Position numbers and translations under genes: made by a program. Positions 62,508-64,000 of a stretch of 64,000 bases of DNA are shown here, piece by piece. Numbering within the stretch: position 1 is the stretch's first letter; the number at the start of each line of letters is the position of its first letter. The stretch comes from a virus. Under the pieces are notes generated by a model. That model had not been told where the DNA came from. It saw only the letters and a program-made list of their open reading frames with translations, and did not search any database. The stretch lies in IMG/VR virus record IMGVR_UViG_3300045988_141012; one strand, 5' to 3'.

Positions 62508-63045
62508 ACAATTATTGGATATTACACAAATCTATACAAAACAGTTTACAAGTTTCCCTTGTAATCCATTTTTACTATGCACTCAATTACAAATATCTTT
62601 TAAAGTAAGATCTCAAGCAGTAGAAGATTTTGCCGGTACCAATCCGTTAATCTCCACTCCTGCTATTCTTTACAAGGAATCAGGTAAAGTGCCTTCATAT
62701 ATAATTTACTTTGATGAAACGTCTATGTATTGGCGTTTCTACATATTCCACGAGATTGCTCATTATGTGTTGGGACATACTTCCGATTCTCTACAAGAAG
62801 AACAAGAAGCAAATTTAATGGCTTGTCTTTTAATTGCACCAAAAGATAAGCTTCCTACATATCTCAAAAACGCAAGAGACTTGTCTGTATTTGCTGAAAT
62901 TCCTATTGCATATGCAGAAGAATATTGGAATTACTTACATAAAAAAATAATTAAACCAAAAATGATTTTTAATATAATGATTTCTGTCTGTATTCTTACG
63001 GTGATACTTGACATAGTATCATTCGCATTAATATTATCAAATTGA
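62494..63045 (+). CDS. ImmA/IrrE-family zinc metallopeptidase with C-terminal TM helix
   Basis: HEIAHYVLGH (HExxH) followed by EEQEAN. C-terminal hydrophobic segment IFNIMISVCILTVILDIVSFALIL. Start taken at ATG 62494. Confidence 0.7.
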   Translation: MRSFKQLLDITQIYTKQFTSFPCNPFLLCTQLQISFKVRSQAVEDFAGTNPLISTPAILYKESGKVPSYIIYFDETSMYWRFYIFHEIAHYVLGHTSDSLQEEQEANLMACLLIAPKDKLPTYLKNARDLSVFAEIPIAYAEEYWNYLHKKIIKPKMIFNIMISVCILTVILDIVSFALILSN

Positions 63046-63063
63046 ATTACACAAAAAAATAAA

Positions 63064-63098
63064 GGCGACAGTCAATTCGCTGTCGTCTCTATTTTTTT
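63064..63098 (+). terminator. rho-independent terminator between convergent genes
   Basis: CGACAG-N8-CTGTCG stem flanked by an A-run upstream and TCTATTTTTTT downstream. Confidence 0.5.
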
Positions 63099-63305
63099 AC
63101 TCCGATTATTTTCTTTTTCTTTGTCCATAGTGAGAATTTCTTTTGCCTTGTTTAAGCAATCGACTCTCCATTCTTCAAAATCTTGTTCATTATTGAACAT
63201 TTGATTATCTCCCTTACAATATAATATATCTATTATACCAAAGAAGATATTTTTCGTCAATATAACAGTATTTTCTTCATAATACCATTTCCTTTCGCCA
63301 AACAA
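63072..63305 (-). CDS. hypothetical protein
   Basis: Track ORF of 77 aa. Confidence 0.45.
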   Translation of the reverse strand: MFGERKWYYEENTVILTKNIFFGIIDILYCKGDNQMFNNEQDFEEWRVDCLNKAKEILTMDKEKENNRSKKIETTAN

Positions 63306-63563
63306 TCAAACTTTCTTATTATATCCTTTCCAAAAATTCATTCGTAGTTCCATTGAAACTGGTTTATTTATAAGTTCGTCCATTTCATCGACATCCAACA
63401 TATCCATTAGTTTGCCAATTTCCTGATTTAATTCATCGGATATATAAGGCATTGTTCTTTTAATCATTGTTGTGATACTTCTCATAGGAAACATATCACA
63501 TTGTCCCTGGAACGGATCGTTAAATCCTTTTAGCTGAGTTAATTGGGCATATACACTGCCCAT
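63306..63563 (-). CDS. hypothetical protein
   Basis: Track ORF of 85 aa, abutting the next gene. Confidence 0.45.
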   Translation of the reverse strand: MGSVYAQLTQLKGFNDPFQGQCDMFPMRSITTMIKRTMPYISDELNQEIGKLMDMLDVDEMDELINKPVSMELRMNFWKGYNKKV

Positions 63564-63608
63564 CGCCTCTAAATTTTATACTGTATACATTATTAATTTC
63601 TCCTTTTC

Positions 63609-63884
63609 TTAAAACAAATCCGAATGGCTACCTGTCCTGGTTAAATATAAAATTGGTTCGTCCTCTGTATATCTATATATAAGCAACCAATCAGGTTGAA
63701 TATGGCATTCTCTATGACCATTCCAATTGCCAGATAAACTATGATCTTTATACTTTTCTTCTAATGGCATACCATTAGATAATTTTTTTATTACCTTTTT
63801 TATTATCTCAGTATCCCAACCTCGACTTTTACATAGTTTTAAGTCTTTTGTAAATCTAGTAGAAGGTTGTACTTTATATTTCAT
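63609..63884 (-). CDS. type II toxin, YafQ/RelE-family mRNA interferase
   Basis: 91 aa. F.KDLK...RG.D...I..VI..L....PL..KYKDH.L.G.W.GHRECHI.PDWLLIY......L.L.RTGSHSDLF matches the YafQ pattern closely. Confidence 0.85.
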   Translation of the reverse strand: MKYKVQPSTRFTKDLKLCKSRGWDTEIIKKVIKKLSNGMPLEEKYKDHSLSGNWNGHRECHIQPDWLLIYRYTEDEPILYLTRTGSHSDLF

Positions 63885-64000
63885 CCCAGCAAATCCTCCA
63901 TCATCAAATCCACATCATCATATGTTTTTCTTGCTTCGGGATGTTCTATTAAATACTCAGTTTCCATCATTGCTTTTAATGTTTCAAAATTCGGTGTTTC
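63881..64000 (-). CDS. antitoxin (C-terminal part; 5' end outside window)
   Basis: Open frame to the window edge: ...ETPNFETLKAMMETEYLIEHPEARKTYDDVDLMMEDLLG*. The stop overlaps the toxin ATG (GGATGA). Confidence 0.6.
   Translation of the reverse strand, partial: ETPNFETLKAMMETEYLIEHPEARKTYDDVDLMMEDLLG

Overview
AT-rich (about 30% GC) segment of a large temperate Firmicutes-type (Clostridia/Bacilli-like) phage or excised prophage. No clearly bacterial housekeeping genes are present. Left edge (+ strand, 2-2387): the end of the late/structural module, comprising a partial tail-fibre-like ORF, an XkdX-like peptide and a membrane/coiled-coil protein, closed by a terminator. At 2.6-2.9 kb lies a repeat-rich attP-like region. 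From 60596 down to 2906 runs a ~57-kb block of ~100 tightly packed minus-strand genes. In transcription order these are: a phage sigma factor; ParB/DUF262-like and metallophosphoesterase genes; many small ORFans; two beta-helix-type repeat proteins; three DNA methyltransferases (one frameshifted in a G8 tract) plus a decayed C5-MTase remnant; a TnpB (IS200/IS605-type RNA-guided nuclease) with no TnpA; an RNA-repair cassette (RNA ligase, Pol-beta nucleotidyltransferase, P-loop kinase-HD, metallophosphoesterase); a full replication module (SSB-like, Sak4-like ATPase, DnaB, primase, PD-(D/E)XK nuclease, DnaE-type Pol III alpha, RecD-like helicase, HD hydrolase); nucleotide-metabolism genes (ThyX-like, NAD-dependent ligase, guanylate/dNMP-kinase-like, class III RNR NrdD, dUTPase); two secreted cell-wall hydrolases; and finally xis and int. 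Right edge (60.6-64 kb): a lysogeny switch with back-to-back promoters, a CI/LexA-like S24 repressor, two XRE regulators, an ImmA-like metallopeptidase and a YafQ/RelE-type toxin-antitoxin pair. The most notable observations are these. (1) nrdD is split exactly at its glycyl-radical motif by an ORF-less group I intron, and a free-standing GIY-YIG endonuclease overlaps the 3' exon. (2) A Dam-family methyltransferase is switched off by a G8 homopolymer. (3) There is a promoter-to-terminator small-RNA candidate on the opposite strand in the 35.2 kb intergenic region. (4) A TnpB with an intact RuvC triad sits beside a methyltransferase remnant. (5) The phage carries an RNA end-healing/sealing cassette. 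All calls come from reading motifs by eye; no database search, folding program or alignment was run.
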